A stretch of 64,000 nt of DNA, taken from positions 28,370 to 92,369 of the IMG/VR virus record IMGVR_UViG_3300036792_000218. One strand, 5' to 3'. Under the pieces are notes generated by a model. The model was not told where the DNA came from, searched no databases, and saw nothing but the letters and a program-made list of their open reading frames with translations. Shown here one piece after another: positions 62,685-64,000 of the stretch (its first letter is position 1; each line of letters begins with the position of its first letter). The DNA is from a virus. Both the position numbers and the translations under genes were made by a program.

Positions 62685-63277
62685 GACGGGCTGACTCCGT
62701 CAAGCCGTGCCTTCGCCGCCTCGTACAGGGCCCAAGCCGCCGTGAACTTCTCCACTGTCCCGCCCCGGTCCGGGTGGAGTTCCGCGGCGGCCAGGCGCAG
62801 CCGCTTCACCTCGGCGGCGAGCGCCGGGTCAGCGTCCGCGCGGGCCTTCTCGGTGAACTCGCCGATCGGCTCGGTCTGGGCGAAGTCGAACAGTCCCATC
62901 CACGAGGCCCCGTGGAACACCTCGCCGTTGGGGTTCTCGGGAGTCACCCGGTCGGGGTCGCTGCTGGTCCTCGGGTGCTTCAGCATGATCGCGGTCTCGC
63001 CGCGGCGGACCTGGCGGCCCATGGCCTGCCAGGTGCCGTACTTGTGCAGGATGGTCGCGCGCGGGGCCTGTACCCACAGGCGGCACAGGTTGTTGACGCC
63101 GTAACGGTTGCCCCAGCGGGCGAGGAACGCGGAGAAGTCCGGGGCTTCCTGGTCGACCTTCTCGGCCGCTAGCTCGATCTCGTTCCTGCGGGCCTCAAGT
63201 TCCTCGCGGCGCGCGTCTGACATCTTGCGCCGGGGCTTGCGGGCGATGGCCTTGCTGGTGCTGGTCTTGGTGGTCAC
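62681..63277 (-). CDS. ArdC N-terminal (ssDNA-binding/anti-restriction) domain fused to a C-terminal J-domain-like HPD helix pair
   Basis: RYGVNN...I..Q.P.AT....Y..W...GRQVRRGE.AI...FD..QT (ArdC-N); LHPDRGG..EKF. Confidence 0.7.
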   Translation of the reverse strand: MTTKTSTSKAIARKPRRKMSDARREELEARRNEIELAAEKVDQEAPDFSAFLARWGNRYGVNNLCRLWVQAPRATILHKYGTWQAMGRQVRRGETAIMLKHPRTSSDPDRVTPENPNGEVFHGASWMGLFDFAQTEPIGEFTEKARADADPALAAEVKRLRLAAAELHPDRGGTVEKFTAAWALYEAAKARLDGVSPS

Positions 63278-63301
63278 TGCGGTCCCCCTTGTGTGCAACC
63301 C

Positions 63302-63360
63302 TTGCTTACAAAGACAACACTATCAACATGAGTTAGTGTTGTCAAAGTTAAACGTGTGTC
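63302..63360 (-). promoter_or_regulatory. Conserved early promoter/operator copy 7 (perfect 10-bp inverted repeat)
   Basis: GACAACACTA-N11-TAGTGTTGTC; TTGACA-17-TAGTGT. Confidence 0.85.
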
Positions 63361-63369
63361 TGACCGTGA

Positions 63370-63648
63370 TCACCCGCGCCCCTTCCGCAGCGCGCGGACC
63401 GCGCTGACGATCGCCGCCGACCCGTTCCGGATGTTCACGTCGTCGCTCTCGGCCCACGCCTGGAACGCCGCGTCGGCCTCCGGGCAGCGCTCGACGATCA
63501 CGTCAATGAGGACCGCCCGCGTGAGCCGGTGCGCGTCATCCCACTTCGGCATCGCGTCCAGTACGGCCAGCGAGTCCGCGAGCGTGCGCAGCGGCCGGGC
63601 GGCTACCGCCGCCTTCATCCGCTCCACGCCTTCCTCGTAGGTGCTCAC
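63370..63648 (-). CDS. Hypothetical protein
   Basis: GTGA overlap. Confidence 0.55.
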   Translation of the reverse strand: MSTYEEGVERMKAAVAARPLRTLADSLAVLDAMPKWDDAHRLTRAVLIDVIVERCPEADAAFQAWAESDDVNIRNGSAAIVSAVRALRKGRG

Positions 63649-63992
63649 ATCGCCCCCGTGACCACGTCGGCCGCGTCGCCCTCGCGCAGGACGTGCAGGG
63701 TGAGGATCCGGGGCATCCACGCCACGTCACGCGGCGGCATCGTGCCCGCACGGTCGCGGTGCGGGTCACGACGGACTAGCAGCAGGTCACCGGGCTCCGC
63801 TATCACCTGGCCGGTGCCGTACTCGATCCGCCTGCAGGCGACCGCGAGGACCGACCCGTCGGCCCACCCGTCGCACTCGGGGACGTCACTGGTCTCGGCG
63901 GTGAACTCCGCGCGGAGCGCTATGAGCATCGCCGCCGCCCCGTGGACGCTGATGTCGGCCGTGGTGGGCGCGGCGCTTACAAGGCTGGTCAT
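63645..63992 (-). CDS. Hypothetical protein
   Basis: RBS GGGA; coupled. Confidence 0.5.
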   Translation of the reverse strand: MTSLVSAAPTTADISVHGAAAMLIALRAEFTAETSDVPECDGWADGSVLAVACRRIEYGTGQVIAEPGDLLLVRRDPHRDRAGTMPPRDVAWMPRILTLHVLREGDAADVVTGAM

Positions 63993-64000
63993 GCGTTCCC

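Noticed and set aside
20951-63343. 31-bp palindromes as parS or recombinase crossover sites
   Set aside because: Every copy coincides with a correctly spaced -35/-10 pair, a leader and an RBS in front of a gene, and the 11-bp spacers are unrelated to each other; an operator/promoter role is more parsimonious, though ParB binding is not excluded.

Overview
High-GC actinobacterial mobile element, most consistent with an internal 64-kb piece of a large temperate tailed phage. An intact-looking attP with phage genes on both sides implies the excised, non-integrated form. Layout from left to right: (1) minor tail and tail-fibre genes (1-5.6 kb); (2) lysis region with a GH25 endolysin (5.6-9.5 kb); (3) a leftward xis - processive GT2 synthase - GH26 lipoprotein operon; (4) tyrosine integrase with an attP carrying the 3' part of tRNA-Ser(GCT) and arm-type repeats; (5) serine resolvase with a res-like site; (6) a long leftward early region with ParB-like, LPD29-like, vWA, an iteron-containing replication initiator, HNH, DEDDh exonuclease, Cas4-like exonuclease and Rad52/Sak recombinase genes; (7) an XRE immunity switch and further regulators; (8) an AICE/Streptomyces-plasmid-like conjugation module (GntR Kor-like regulator, WhiB, TraB FtsK translocase, a clt-like 8-mer array, mIHF, Spd-like membrane protein); (9) further leftward early genes including an ArdC-N/J-domain fusion. 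Most notable observations: a virion-encoding phage carrying an apparently complete TraB/clt/Spd transfer system; a 7-8 copy promoter/31-bp palindromic operator regulon with an upstream GACAC box; the only in-frame TTA codons I found lie where four genes appear to end, three of which lack a nearby stop; a phage-borne glycan synthase/hydrolase pair coupled to xis; and a membrane-anchor-endolysin in-frame fusion. All family calls are from motif recognition by eye, with no database searches.
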